DNA from: a virus
IMG/VR virus record: IMGVR_UViG_3300042564_002458
Span: 32,001 to 96,000 of that record
Direction: 5' to 3' (one strand)
DNA: 64,000 nt
The translations under genes and the position numbers were made by a program. This document shows, piece after piece, positions 9,590 to 20,134 of this stretch. How positions within the stretch are numbered: the stretch's first letter is position 1; every line of letters starts with the position of its first letter. Below the pieces are notes generated by a model. It did not search any database. It saw only the letters and a list, made by a program, of their open reading frames with translations, and had not been told where the DNA came from.

Positions 9590-11152
9590 TTAGAAAGTTA
9601 AACTCAGTCCGGGCGTTATATAAAATGCACCGCTAACTGACAATGTAGTTGTTGCTGAAACACTATATGGTTGATAGGCAAATAAATTTGCACCACCGTG
9701 AAGACTCTCAGCATTACTATAATCAGTAGACAATCCAGTACTATATAGTGCATCTGAAGTTCCAACATCTAATATTTCTTGTTTAATTTGAGCAGGAGTA
9801 TAACTTGGATATTTTTGAGCCATTTGTACTGCCACTCCGGCTACATTAGGACTTGCCATACTGGTGCCACTAATACTCATTATCTTATAATTAGAATCAA
9901 ATGGATAATCAGTAGTTGCCCCGAAATCATTTACTGTACTAGTAGTACTAACAATATTTGTTCCGGGTGCCCAAATATCTACTCTGGGTCCAGACTCACT
10001 AGATCCGGCTTTACGCTCTGGACTATCATATCCTGTGCTTACATTACCTACACAAATTACGCCGGGTGCGGATGGAGGACTTCCTCCCTGCATGTAATAT
10101 CGCGAACTTACACCATCAGTAAAATAATTATCATAATCTAATCCACCAGGAACATCAATAGTTTGATAATAGTTACCGGCTGCTCCACATAATATTACTC
10201 CAGCACTTAGTAGTTCATCAACATCAACATCAACAGTTCCTACTCTGATTCCGAAGCGTTCACCTGATCCACCAATCATTCCATAATTAGGTTGTTTTGT
10301 TGTTCCTGTCCATGAAGTACCACGATATACTCCACCTTGAATATTAGTAAATGTATTAACATAACTCCAACTCATATTAACTACGGTTGGTCTTTTATAT
10401 CCAGTAACAGGATCGATTGGCTTATTTAAATGCCATCCTTTTATAACATCAAATACATCACTAACTGGTAATCCTTGAGTTCCTCCCCCATTAAGTCCCT
10501 CAACCATGACTGAGTATATTCTAGCATTTTTAGCTCGGCCATATGTTAAACCAGCAGCAATTCCGGTACAGTGTGTTCCGTGACCATCAGTATCAGTATA
10601 AAAAAGATTATCGGCTGGTTGAGTACCTGCCAATCCACTGGCTGTATACCAATTTATTTTTTGAACTCTAGTTACCCCCAATGAATCATTAAATTCTGGA
10701 TGATCACACTGTAGACCACTATCTTGAATAACAAAATCGACACCAGTACCATCTAAAATATAATCATAGTCTAATGTACCACTAGAGCCTGGAGTATTAT
10801 TAGTAGTACTGTTTAGTCTAAATAACCCCCAATTAATTCCCATGTTATTAGCGGGATTTGTACCAGGAGATTTATAATATAATCCAGTTTGAGTAGTACT
10901 AGGCATTATCATAATGTCTGTACGTTGATCTGGTGGAATTTCTACACAATATACTCTGGGATCATTTCGTAATAAGGCAGCCTCTTCATCTGATAATTCA
11001 TATGTACAGGTTCGTAAACTCAAGTCACGATTGTTGACAATTTCTACTCTACGACTTGGTACAAAACCATCCTCACTAGATAGATTTTCAATTTCATTCC
11101 AGAATTGATTATAATCAATATCTTTGTTTAAACTTACAGAATATTCTCTCAT
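9590..11152 (-). CDS. subtilisin-like S8 serine protease (probably virion-associated)
   Basis: catalytic triad motifs IQDSG, HGTHCTG, GTSMASPNVAG; oxyanion AAGN. Confidence 0.9.
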   Translation of the reverse strand: MREYSVSLNKDIDYNQFWNEIENLSSEDGFVPSRRVEIVNNRDLSLRTCTYELSDEEAALLRNDPRVYCVEIPPDQRTDIMIMPSTTQTGLYYKSPGTNPANNMGINWGLFRLNSTTNNTPGSSGTLDYDYILDGTGVDFVIQDSGLQCDHPEFNDSLGVTRVQKINWYTASGLAGTQPADNLFYTDTDGHGTHCTGIAAGLTYGRAKNARIYSVMVEGLNGGGTQGLPVSDVFDVIKGWHLNKPIDPVTGYKRPTVVNMSWSYVNTFTNIQGGVYRGTSWTGTTKQPNYGMIGGSGERFGIRVGTVDVDVDELLSAGVILCGAAGNYYQTIDVPGGLDYDNYFTDGVSSRYYMQGGSPPSAPGVICVGNVSTGYDSPERKAGSSESGPRVDIWAPGTNIVSTTSTVNDFGATTDYPFDSNYKIMSISGTSMASPNVAGVAVQMAQKYPSYTPAQIKQEILDVGTSDALYSTGLSTDYSNAESLHGGANLFAYQPYSVSATTTLSVSGAFYITPGLSLTF

Positions 11153-11154
11153 GA

Positions 11155-14100
11155 TTAAATTAAATTAGCCCAAGCACCGTTTTCATAACCCTGAAATTTG
11201 TTAAGATCAGTATCATATAATATGTCACCATTGACGGCGGCAAGAGTATTTTTTTGTACTGTACTTAATTTTGGTAGTCTGAATACAGCCCCACCCGTAA
11301 CATTAACAACTGTGGTACCCTGTAGAGTAATACTAGTAGTAGATACGAATGTTGGTGTTCCAACTGTATTACTAACAATATTACCACTAATATTAACATT
11401 ACCAGCACTAATATTACCAGTTACATCCAGACTACTTAATGTACCAACTGATGTAATATTTGGTTGAGCATTTGTCGTAATAGTTCCAGAATAATAATTA
11501 GCAGTTACTAAATTACCTAAATTTGCATTTGAACCATTAACATTTCCATTTGATTGAATTGTGTTGGCAATTACTATATTGGGAATTAATAAATTACCAG
11601 TACTTCCAAAAGTAAATGTACTTAGTGCATTTGCAGTTGAAATTGTTATAATACTATATTCGGTTGGAAGATATGCACCACTGGATTGAGGTAATCCAAT
11701 TGCCGTCATTTCTGTTCTTCCACCAAAACTCCATCCAGAAATAGAATCAATCGTTGTCAGTCCATTTCCAGTATATCCGTAATAAGTTTGTTTATAAATA
11801 TCATCATTGATCTGAACAATATTAATATTACCGGAGTCTGTTCCTCTGGCTCTTGCTGTTCTTGTACTATATTGATTTGCTATATTACTATATGCGGCTT
11901 GATTAATTTGTCCAGGAACTGTTAAGAGACCAGTATCATCCAATTTCAAATCATATTCAAGACCAGCATTATTAGTAGAATATATTTTTACTATAGACGG
12001 AATATATGAAGAACCACTACTAGCAGATCCATTAGCGATAACATTAATACCACCACCTTCTTGGTATTGATTATATGAAGTGTAACCTAAACTTTGTATG
12101 TCCAGCATTACATCATTTGTTTGAATCTGCAATGGAGAAGTACTAGTTCCACGAGATTTTTTCATTTCAATACCAAATAAATTAGCATCATTTGATGATG
12201 TACTAATTGTTATTCCATTTGATTGAATTGTGTTGGCAATTACTGTATTGGGAATTAATAAATTACCAGTACTTCCAAAAGTAAATGTATTTAAGGCATT
12301 TGCAGTTGAAATTGTTGTAACAAGATATTCAGTTGGAAGATATGCACCACTGGATTGAGGTAATCCAATCACTTGCATTTCTGTTCTTCCACCAAAACTC
12401 CATCCAGAAATAGAATCAATCGTTGTCAGTCCATTTCCAGTATATCCGTAATAAGTTTGTTTATAAATATCATCATTTACTTGAACAATATTAATATTAC
12501 CGGGATCTGTTCCTCTGGCTCTCGATGTTCTTGTACTATATTGAGTTGCTATATTACTGTATGCGGCTTGATTAATTTGTCCAGGAATTGTTAAGAGAGC
12601 AGTATCATCCAAGATCAAATCATATTCAAGACCAGCATTATTAGTAGAATATATTTTTACTATAGATGGGATGTATGAAGACCCGCCACTGGCAGATCCA
12701 TTAGCAATAATATTAATACCACCACCTTCCTGGTATTGGTTATATGAAGTGTAACCTAAACTTTGTATATTTAATAGTGTATCATTTGTTTGAATCTGCA
12801 ATGGAGAAGTACTAGTTCCACGAGATTTTTTCATTTCAATACCAAATAAATTAGCGTCATTTGATGATGTACTAATTGTTATTCCATTTGATTGAATAGT
12901 ATTGGAAATTACTGTATTGGCAATTACTGTATTGGGAATTAATAAATTACCAGTACTTCCAAAGGTAAATGTATTTAACGCATTTGCAGTTGAAATTGTT
13001 GTAATAAGATATTCGGTTGGAAGATATGCACCACTGGATTGAGGTAATCCAATTATCTGCATTTCTGTTCTTCCACCAAAACTCCATCCAGAAATAGAAT
13101 CAATTGTCGTCAATCCATTTCCGGTATATCCGTAATAAGTTTGCTTATAAATATCATCATTGATCTGAACAATATTAATATTACCGGAGTCTGTTCCTCT
13201 GGCTCTCGATGTTCTTGCACTATATTGTGTTGATACATTACTATATGCTATTTGATTAATTTGTCCAGGAACTGTTAAGAGAGCAGTATTGTCCAAGATC
13301 AAATCATATTCAAGGCCAGTATTATTAGTAGAATATATTTTTACTATAGATGGAATATATGAAGACCCATTACTAGCAGATCCATTAGCGATAATATTAA
13401 TACCACCACCTTCCTGGTATTGGTTATATGAAGTATAACCTAAACTTTGTAAATTTAATAGTGTATCATTTGTTTGAATCTGTAATGGAGAAGCATTGGT
13501 ACCACGAGATTTTTTCATTTCAATACCAAATAAATTAGCGTCATTTGATGATGTACTAATTTTTATTCCGGTATTACTATTTGGTGTAGTAACATTAATA
13601 CTATTAATATTTCCAATATTTGCGGTAATTTGATTTACTGTAACATTACTTGGTAAATCAACTGTTATATTTCCACTAGTGATGATAGGACTTCCTGTGA
13701 TTGTGAGATTATTACTTAATACTCCAACTCTAGTTACAGTCCCTCCCCCATTGCCACCACCGCCAGTCGCGCTTATAGTAACGGCACCATTTGATTGATT
13801 TATAGATACTCCACTACCGGCAACAATACTAGTTACTCCAGTATTGGTTATCGCTATTGTTCCGCTGGTTGTAATTGGACTTCCGCTTACTGATAACCCA
13901 GTTCCACCTGTTACGGCAATACTAGTAACAGTTCCACTACCGCTACCACTTGATGCACTAATTATTCTACCAAATTGATCTACTACTATATTAGCACTAG
14001 AATATGACCCTGATACTGATGGACTAATAGTGGGTAAATTAACATTAATATTTCCACTACTGATTATTGGACTATTAGTCACTGATAAAGTATTACTAGT

Positions 14101-14439
14101 AACACCAACACTATTTACCGAACCTCCGCCATTACCTGTTCCAGTACTATTAATTACTAATGTACCGTTACTACTTGGCGCGCCCCCGAGTGTCGTAATT
14201 GTTACATTTTCACCTGCTATTAGATTAGTTACACCAATATTAGTAATAACAAACGTTGAAGAATCACTATTACTAATAGCGATTCCATTACCTGGTAACA
14301 ATGTCTGAACTTGACCGGCGGTTTCGAATAATTCAGTAAAATTGTTTTGTATAGTGTTAAACGCTGTATACAAACTATCTGAGTTTGCTGAGTCGTTTGG
14401 TTGACCAATATTGATTAGTTGTTGACCTGGTATTGTCAT
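11155..14439 (-). CDS. tail fibre / baseplate-associated structural protein with 3 internal repeats
   Basis: N-terminal INIG..ND...DSL..AF..IN.NF.EL (T4 gp9/gp10-like), G/S/T/N-rich, C-terminal GDILYDTDLNKFQGY. Confidence 0.8.
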   Translation of the reverse strand: MTIPGQQLINIGQPNDSANSDSLYTAFNTIQNNFTELFETAGQVQTLLPGNGIAISNSDSSTFVITNIGVTNLIAGENVTITTLGGAPSSNGTLVINSTGTGNGGGSVNSVGVTSNTLSVTNSPIISSGNINVNLPTISPSVSGSYSSANIVVDQFGRIISASSGSGSGTVTSIAVTGGTGLSVSGSPITTSGTIAITNTGVTSIVAGSGVSINQSNGAVTISATGGGGNGGGTVTRVGVLSNNLTITGSPIITSGNITVDLPSNVTVNQITANIGNINSINVTTPNSNTGIKISTSSNDANLFGIEMKKSRGTNASPLQIQTNDTLLNLQSLGYTSYNQYQEGGGINIIANGSASNGSSYIPSIVKIYSTNNTGLEYDLILDNTALLTVPGQINQIAYSNVSTQYSARTSRARGTDSGNINIVQINDDIYKQTYYGYTGNGLTTIDSISGWSFGGRTEMQIIGLPQSSGAYLPTEYLITTISTANALNTFTFGSTGNLLIPNTVIANTVISNTIQSNGITISTSSNDANLFGIEMKKSRGTSTSPLQIQTNDTLLNIQSLGYTSYNQYQEGGGINIIANGSASGGSSYIPSIVKIYSTNNAGLEYDLILDDTALLTIPGQINQAAYSNIATQYSTRTSRARGTDPGNINIVQVNDDIYKQTYYGYTGNGLTTIDSISGWSFGGRTEMQVIGLPQSSGAYLPTEYLVTTISTANALNTFTFGSTGNLLIPNTVIANTIQSNGITISTSSNDANLFGIEMKKSRGTSTSPLQIQTNDVMLDIQSLGYTSYNQYQEGGGINVIANGSASSGSSYIPSIVKIYSTNNAGLEYDLKLDDTGLLTVPGQINQAAYSNIANQYSTRTARARGTDSGNINIVQINDDIYKQTYYGYTGNGLTTIDSISGWSFGGRTEMTAIGLPQSSGAYLPTEYSIITISTANALSTFTFGSTGNLLIPNIVIANTIQSNGNVNGSNANLGNLVTANYYSGTITTNAQPNITSVGTLSSLDVTGNISAGNVNISGNIVSNTVGTPTFVSTTSITLQGTTVVNVTGGAVFRLPKLSTVQKNTLAAVNGDILYDTDLNKFQGYENGAWANLI
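11546..13560 (-). repeat. three tandem ~670-bp intragenic repeats
   Basis: ISTSSNDANLFGIEMKKSRGT...NTIQSNG x3; periods 684 and 669 nt. Confidence 0.95.
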
Positions 14440-14494
14440 TGTTATTTTCCTCTATCTTATATTTATCTAATTTGATAGAGAAAATCAATGACAA

Positions 14495-14821
14495 TCAATA
14501 GGGATTAAATGAACTTCCGCATCCACATGTGGTTTGAGCATTGGGATTAGATATAACAAAATTACTACCCATATCGTCTTCACAAAAATCTATAGACGCT
14601 CCTTGAAGATATTGCATACTGGCACTATCTACTAATAAATTGATATCATCTGATTTAATTATAAAATCATCATCACTAATATCTTCATCTATTGTGAATC
14701 CATATGACATACCGCTACATCCACCACCTTTAACAAATACTCTGAGTTTAGCATTTGAGTTATTTTCATCAATTATGATGTCTTTAATACGATTGGTGGC
14801 TGATTCTGTTATTGTTATCAT
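14495..14821 (-). CDS. erpA: A-type Fe-S carrier ErpA/IscA (HesB family)
   Basis: GGGCSG, LLVDSASMQYL, NPNAQTTCGCGSSF. Confidence 0.9.
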   Translation of the reverse strand: MITITESATNRIKDIIIDENNSNAKLRVFVKGGGCSGMSYGFTIDEDISDDDFIIKSDDINLLVDSASMQYLQGASIDFCEDDMGSNFVISNPNAQTTCGCGSSFNPY

Positions 14822-14837
14822 TTATTTTGTCCATAAT

Positions 14838-14858
14838 AAAAGGGCATAACGCCCTTTG
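14838..14858. terminator. stem-loop after infA
   Basis: AAAGGGC-ATAAC-GCCCTTT; U-tract on minus strand. Confidence 0.6.
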
Positions 14859-14864
14859 ATGTAT

Positions 14865-15080
14865 TTATCTACGTCTTGTTATTCTACCTCTTGTTAGATC
14901 GTAGGGTGAGAATTCCACCTCAACTGTATCTCCCAAGAGTATTTTAATGCCATTCTGACGCATTTTGCCAGAAATCACACCAATTATAATTTTTTCGTTT
15001 GGTAGTTTAACTCTAAACATAGCATTTGGAAGTAATTCCAGTACTATGCCATCTATCTTAATTCCGTCTTCTTTGGCCAT
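14865..15080 (-). CDS. infA: translation initiation factor IF-1
   Basis: [42 protein letters not shown]. Confidence 0.95.
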   Translation of the reverse strand: MAKEDGIKIDGIVLELLPNAMFRVKLPNEKIIIGVISGKMRQNGIKILLGDTVEVEFSPYDLTRGRITRRR

Positions 15081-15095
15081 ATAGTTTATTTAGTG

Positions 15096-15488
15096 CTACC
15101 CTCTCCGCATTTTAGAAATATCTACTGCTTCCTCATCTGAGAAAACAGGTACAGCATTACTCTTATGTAATACACCAATTCCAATCATTTTGTCACCTGT
15201 ATATATTGGAATATCTGTCTTAACTGCAGTTCCAACACCAGTACTTAATGATGGAAGATCAAGTAAACTTTGACCACGAAATACTCGTTTAGTTATTGTC
15301 AATGGTTTGACAATAAGTCCAGATTTTCGTTTCTTTTCATCCAATTCCGCACCATAAGATTTCTTTAGTACTTGCCAATCTTGTTCCAATTGTTCTGCCT
15401 GTCGTTTATGTTCAGCCGAAGCATACTTGAATTTGGCTCGTTTTTTGCCAGTAGTAGTAAATGCCGGACTCATCATGTGCATTGTCAT
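15096..15488 (-). CDS. conserved T4-like hypothetical protein
   Basis: YTGDKMIGIGVLHKSNAVPVFS...ISKMRR; sigma70 promoter 15518-15546. Confidence 0.75.
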   Translation of the reverse strand: MTMHMMSPAFTTTGKKRAKFKYASAEHKRQAEQLEQDWQVLKKSYGAELDEKKRKSGLIVKPLTITKRVFRGQSLLDLPSLSTGVGTAVKTDIPIYTGDKMIGIGVLHKSNAVPVFSDEEAVDISKMRRG

Positions 15489-15551
15489 ATAGTTACCATT
15501 ATAGTAGATTATAGTACATTATATCACAAATCAGATTTATTGTCAAGTTTA

Positions 15552-15938
15552 TTATCGTTTAAGAATACGTATTATTTCTTCTTTTTCCAAAATATCTTTC
15601 TCTAATTTCAGATATTGGCGTCTAAGTTCTCTTAATGTTTCCCAGCGTTCTTCTAATTCTGTATTTGGTTTAAAAATTGACAATTTATCTTTTATTTCTT
15701 CTAATAAATCTTTTATACTTTCGCCCTGTATTTTTAGATCACCCTCTATGATTACGTCACCCTCTATGATTACGTCACCAGTAGCATGAATAGAACTATG
15801 TTTATTATTGGATGGGAACGTATTTGATGATGAGATTGTTCCAGTTTGCCAACTTTGATCAGATGCGGTCAACGTAATAGTTTGAATAGTTTCATCATCT
15901 GATGATAGTGATACTGTAGAAATTGATTGATCAGACAT
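15552..15938 (-). CDS. hypothetical protein
   Basis: GDVIIE tandem duplication; coiled C-terminus. Confidence 0.7.
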   Translation of the reverse strand: MSDQSISTVSLSSDDETIQTITLTASDQSWQTGTISSSNTFPSNNKHSSIHATGDVIIEGDVIIEGDLKIQGESIKDLLEEIKDKLSIFKPNTELEERWETLRELRRQYLKLEKDILEKEEIIRILKR

Positions 15939-16117
15939 TATGATCTTTTCATTATAATGATACGACCATCTTCATCTTGATTAAAATCAAAGTTATCACC
16001 CTCTTTCCAACCCATTTGAGTCATAAGTTCTGGTGGTAATGGTATTAACAATTCTCCAGTTTCTGGATCTTCTTGTACAATTACTTCATACATAGTGGAA
16101 TCAATGTTTTTTGTCAT
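15938..16117 (-). CDS. AbrB/MazE-like DNA-binding protein
   Basis: GELLIPLPPELMTQMGWKEGD. Confidence 0.65.
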   Translation of the reverse strand: MTKNIDSTMYEVIVQEDPETGELLIPLPPELMTQMGWKEGDNFDFNQDEDGRIIIMKRS

Positions 16118-16170
16118 AATATTATTATAACACAATGATTAAAAATGTCAATAAATTTGGATACATTTTA

Positions 16171-16881
16171 TTATAGAGGATTTAACTCTGGATTCCAACC
16201 AGTATTAATTTTAATCTTATCATTTTTCTTACTACGAGATTCTAACTCTTTATATATTTCAATTGCTTGTTTTTTACTAATTGTTGGCAATTCTTCCCAT
16301 GATCTGATTTTAAATCCTAATTCTATCAATCCTTTGGTCAAATTACAAGAATCAGTTTTTGTAAAAAATCTCGGAGCATCTGAATCATTAATAGTTAATC
16401 CACTTCCATTTTTCAATCCAGTTCCACCATTAGTAATGTCGGACTTTGCCTCAGTAACAAACGGATTAGCAATTATAGCTTGTTCTATTGTTACAGAATC
16501 TTCTTTTTCAAAATCAAATAAATTTTTAATTATTTCTTTCGATCTCCATACTTCAATTACATCTACACTATTGTTGAAAGGATTATTAATTTTAATTCTC
16601 CATACAATATTTCCCAGATGTCCTTGATTAATAATCAATGCGTTATGTGGAATCCAATACTTTTCTAAATTGACAGAAGATTTTCTAACATTAGATTTTA
16701 TTCCATCATGATTAGAATGATAATTCTCTAAAAAATTATCATCTTGATCTTTTTTTATCCATAGATATCTAATTGCCCATGGACCCAATTCATCAGGAAT
16801 AAACAACGGTATAGATTCTTCCAATATATCAGGCAATAATCCATTATATCCCGATACTGATTTTTTATCTTTATTAAACAT
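16171..16881 (-). CDS. hypothetical protein
   Basis: 236-aa ORF after late-type motif. Confidence 0.65.
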   Translation of the reverse strand: MFNKDKKSVSGYNGLLPDILEESIPLFIPDELGPWAIRYLWIKKDQDDNFLENYHSNHDGIKSNVRKSSVNLEKYWIPHNALIINQGHLGNIVWRIKINNPFNNSVDVIEVWRSKEIIKNLFDFEKEDSVTIEQAIIANPFVTEAKSDITNGGTGLKNGSGLTINDSDAPRFFTKTDSCNLTKGLIELGFKIRSWEELPTISKKQAIEIYKELESRSKKNDKIKINTGWNPELNPL

Positions 16882-16935
16882 GAATATATTTATTCAGAAT
16901 GATTAATGAAAATATTAATCACATTTGGATAACAA

Positions 16936-19026
16936 TTATCTGAAATTCTGTGCAACGTCAATTGGTACGTCTGGAATTGATTGACTACGTTGAGATGTGA
17001 CATTAGCAAGTTCTTGATCATCCGCTCTCTGTAACAAAAAGTCCTGACGAGGTATTCCCTGTGAAGTAGCCCATTGTCTAGCTTTTTCCATAGCATCTCT
17101 CACATCTGTGGCTGAGAATCTATACGCCACATTGCCCGCGCCGACCACACCCGCTCGTCTGCGCATTATATATTCTTGTGAACTTGCATTGTTTCCTCTA
17201 ACGGGTTCAGAGACAGGTTGTTCTTCATAGGGTCTTATTGGGCGAGCAATCATACCACGTTGATCTCTTATCCCCCATTCAAGTGCGGCTTTATTTTTGG
17301 CTTCTGGTTCACCAGTAGCTACTAATTCCATACTGTGGTTTCCAAGTGTTACATTCCACCACATTTTTTTATCAACATATTTGTTTTTTTCAACTTCTCT
17401 CTTGAATTGAACCTGTTTTAAATAATCTTTAAGTGTGGATACTGGCATTACTCCAGAGGAATATTGACTGAATAGTTGAATAATAGTTTGATCTTCTGGC
17501 ATAGCATCAGCAAATAATTTGTACAACTTTTTGGCATATTCTTCGCGTTCTAATTTTGGATTGCTGGCAATTGTAGTGGCATAAGCATATCTCAATAAAG
17601 TATTTTGTATTTTACTCATGTCTTCAAAATAATTCATACCACCAGCAGAACGAAATTCTATATATTTTTCTTTAGGATTAATACTTGTATATTTTCCAAA
17701 CCCACTAGGTTTAGCTAAACTATTACTTGCCAGTTGTGACAAATGATTACGCATTTGATTAAATGATGCCGTAATATCTATACCTTTGGCAGAACTTTTA
17801 ATCTTACTAATGGCACTTTTACAATAAGTATTAGCTGCACGATCAAATGATTGTAATACATATTCATCGCCCAAGAACAATGCAAGTTTAGTGAAATCAA
17901 TATTATCTGATGCATGATCAGGAAGACTTACTGACATATGAAACCCAGTTGATTCATTGGCATAAGCACCGTTATCTTCAGCCCACTTAAAAAACTTTGG
18001 TAACATTTCTATTGTTTCTGGTAATGGCATTGGTGGGCTAACAATTTCTACTGGCATATCTTCATCTTGATTTGCAGTCAAACTAGAATCAGGTTCAAAA
18101 ATCCATGTTGTATCATCTCTTCTAGCACTATGATAACCACTACTGACTATTGTATCAACATCTAAATCTTGTTCTAATGAGGAGGCTAAACTTTCAGCAT
18201 AGTCTTTATTAAACTCGCCATCACCGCTAAGACCTTCATTCTGATCATACATATGAGGCCATATAAGATCATAACGACCTTCTACATCTTGAGCAGAGTT
18301 AATACCTTGAGAACGTAACCATTCAGTTTCATCATAATCGGATTCCTCATTAGCCGTATCTAAAAAATTTTCGTATGCACTATCCCAATCATCATTATGA
18401 TCATTTATTGCTTCTTCTACACGATGATCTAATTGATCAGTGATTCCATCACTAGCGTTAATATAGTTATCAAAGTTTTTATTTTTTTTTCTAATTTCTG
18501 CTTGTTGTTTACTACTTTCTATTTTTCTTGACCACATTTGTCCAGCAGTCAGTGCGCTCTCAACTTCCCTATCACTGAGCTCCATTTCATCTCTCAAATA
18601 TTCTTCAATCTTAGAATCAAAATCCCAATCATCACCTTCAATCCAATCTTTTATTAATTCTTCTGCCTTATCAATAAAATCACTCATTAATTGTTCATCA
18701 CGCCATTCAAGATATTCGTTTAACATTTCTTCACGTATACGTTCTGATTGTCTTGGACCAAGATCAGAAAAATCACCACCTTGATAAAAATTTATGATAT
18801 CATCAATGTTATCAACACGTTCATCCGCATCATAATTATAATCATATTCTGGTTCATAATCATCACGAGATTCATTTCCTCCACTAAAGATTAATTCAGA
18901 TTCAAAACCGGCTTTCATACTTTGAGCTAATGGACTTTTAAGAAATTTTTGAAGATCACTAGAACCCATTCTTACTTCATCAAGTTCTTGATTTTCTAAT
19001 AATGATTTTATTTCTTGATATCTCAT
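16936..19026 (-). CDS. putative COOH-NH2 amidoligase-domain protein
   Basis: GFESE, EPDSSL, EIVSP, NESTGFHMSV, KYTSIN, IEFRSAGG. Confidence 0.75.
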   Translation of the reverse strand: MRYQEIKSLLENQELDEVRMGSSDLQKFLKSPLAQSMKAGFESELIFSGGNESRDDYEPEYDYNYDADERVDNIDDIINFYQGGDFSDLGPRQSERIREEMLNEYLEWRDEQLMSDFIDKAEELIKDWIEGDDWDFDSKIEEYLRDEMELSDREVESALTAGQMWSRKIESSKQQAEIRKKNKNFDNYINASDGITDQLDHRVEEAINDHNDDWDSAYENFLDTANEESDYDETEWLRSQGINSAQDVEGRYDLIWPHMYDQNEGLSGDGEFNKDYAESLASSLEQDLDVDTIVSSGYHSARRDDTTWIFEPDSSLTANQDEDMPVEIVSPPMPLPETIEMLPKFFKWAEDNGAYANESTGFHMSVSLPDHASDNIDFTKLALFLGDEYVLQSFDRAANTYCKSAISKIKSSAKGIDITASFNQMRNHLSQLASNSLAKPSGFGKYTSINPKEKYIEFRSAGGMNYFEDMSKIQNTLLRYAYATTIASNPKLEREEYAKKLYKLFADAMPEDQTIIQLFSQYSSGVMPVSTLKDYLKQVQFKREVEKNKYVDKKMWWNVTLGNHSMELVATGEPEAKNKAALEWGIRDQRGMIARPIRPYEEQPVSEPVRGNNASSQEYIMRRRAGVVGAGNVAYRFSATDVRDAMEKARQWATSQGIPRQDFLLQRADDQELANVTSQRSQSIPDVPIDVAQNFR

Positions 19027-19030
19027 GATA

Positions 19031-19351
19031 TTATTTTGTTGATCTTTGTCTTTTTACTTCAGTAACAGTTTCTAATATTGCCAATTTTACTTCTTGTTCA
19101 TGTAATTTATCGTGAATGTCGTTGACTGTACTTTCTATTTTATTTAATCTTTCTTCTAATATATCAGTTTTCTGTTGAATATGTTCTAACATATTGGTCT
19201 GATTATCATGTTGTAATAACGCCTGATCTAATCCACTTGTAACTTTAGCAAACCAATGTTTACCTTGCCACCAGGCTCCACCCATGCCGAATACAAACAC
19301 AAGTATAATCCAGTCTTCTTGAATAGTTTTAATAATATCTAATAAATTCAT
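19031..19351 (-). CDS. membrane-anchored coiled-coil protein
   Basis: single TM then heptad repeats. Confidence 0.65.
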   Translation of the reverse strand: MNLLDIIKTIQEDWIILVFVFGMGGAWWQGKHWFAKVTSGLDQALLQHDNQTNMLEHIQQKTDILEERLNKIESTVNDIHDKLHEQEVKLAILETVTEVKRQRSTK

Positions 19352-19752
19352 CTTTCGTATCCTTTGAAACCTTGTATTGGACTATTAGTATCTACTTCAG
19401 ACATTTCTTCACTTTTTTTAGTACTAATCAACTTTTTGTCTGAAGATTTAAGACCAACGATATTAAGAGCATAGTCTATGATATCAGTATCTAAATCATA
19501 AGCTATAATAATTTCATTTTCACCCCATGCACTAGATGGAGCCATAGATGCGCCGCCAGAATCTGATAGTCTTTGTTCTGCGCTACGTGCACCCGCAATG
19601 GCTACTCCAAATCTATATTGTTTGTAGAAATCACTGTTTGGTAATGCGGGAATTGAATATGTGGATGGTAATGATCTTGAAACACTACTACTCAATCTAG
19701 TGTCACTGACTGGCATAGTACTGTTCTCAATTATGAATTCTTTTGCTCTCAT
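19348..19752 (-). CDS. hypothetical protein, paralogue of 19749-20132
   Basis: MRAKEF...SEEMSEV..SPIQGFKGYER. Confidence 0.8.
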   Translation of the reverse strand: MRAKEFIIENSTMPVSDTRLSSSVSRSLPSTYSIPALPNSDFYKQYRFGVAIAGARSAEQRLSDSGGASMAPSSAWGENEIIIAYDLDTDIIDYALNIVGLKSSDKKLISTKKSEEMSEVDTNSPIQGFKGYER

Positions 19753-20132
19753 CTTTCATATCCTTTGAAACTTTGAACTGGACTAACTCTATTGACTTCT
19801 GGCATTTCTTCGCTGTTCATGTCACCACTATTTAAATCTTTATATTGTAATCCGGCAGCTTTATATGCCAATTTAAGCATATTCTCTTCTTCTTTAGTGT
19901 AAGCATGTGCAGTATTATGTTTGCCAACCCAACTTTCAGCATCCATTTCTATTGGGTTTATACCATCACTAGATGCAACTGCCATCATTAAACGATTTAA
20001 ATCATATAGTTTATCGTAAGCGTCTATTTTCTTTGTAAAAATATGTAATCCACGAGTTGATTGCTGATTTCCGGGAGAAATTTTGGAAGCCGCTTCGATT
20101 ATCGTAGTAGGAACGAATTCTTTTGCTCTCAT
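19749..20132 (-). CDS. hypothetical protein, paralogue of 19348-19752
   Basis: MRAKEF...SEEMPEV..SPVQSFKGYER. Confidence 0.8.
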   Translation of the reverse strand: MRAKEFVPTTIIEAASKISPGNQQSTRGLHIFTKKIDAYDKLYDLNRLMMAVASSDGINPIEMDAESWVGKHNTAHAYTKEEENMLKLAYKAAGLQYKDLNSGDMNSEEMPEVNRVSPVQSFKGYER

Positions 20133-20134
20133 TA

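Noticed and set aside
11546-13560. DGR template/variable repeat pair
   Set aside because: Repeats are in-frame tandem domains, differences are not adenine-specific, and no reverse transcriptase is in the window.
15739-15779. 18-bp tandem repeat TCACCCTCTATGATTACG
   Set aside because: Simple in-frame duplication (GDVIIE x2), not a regulatory array.
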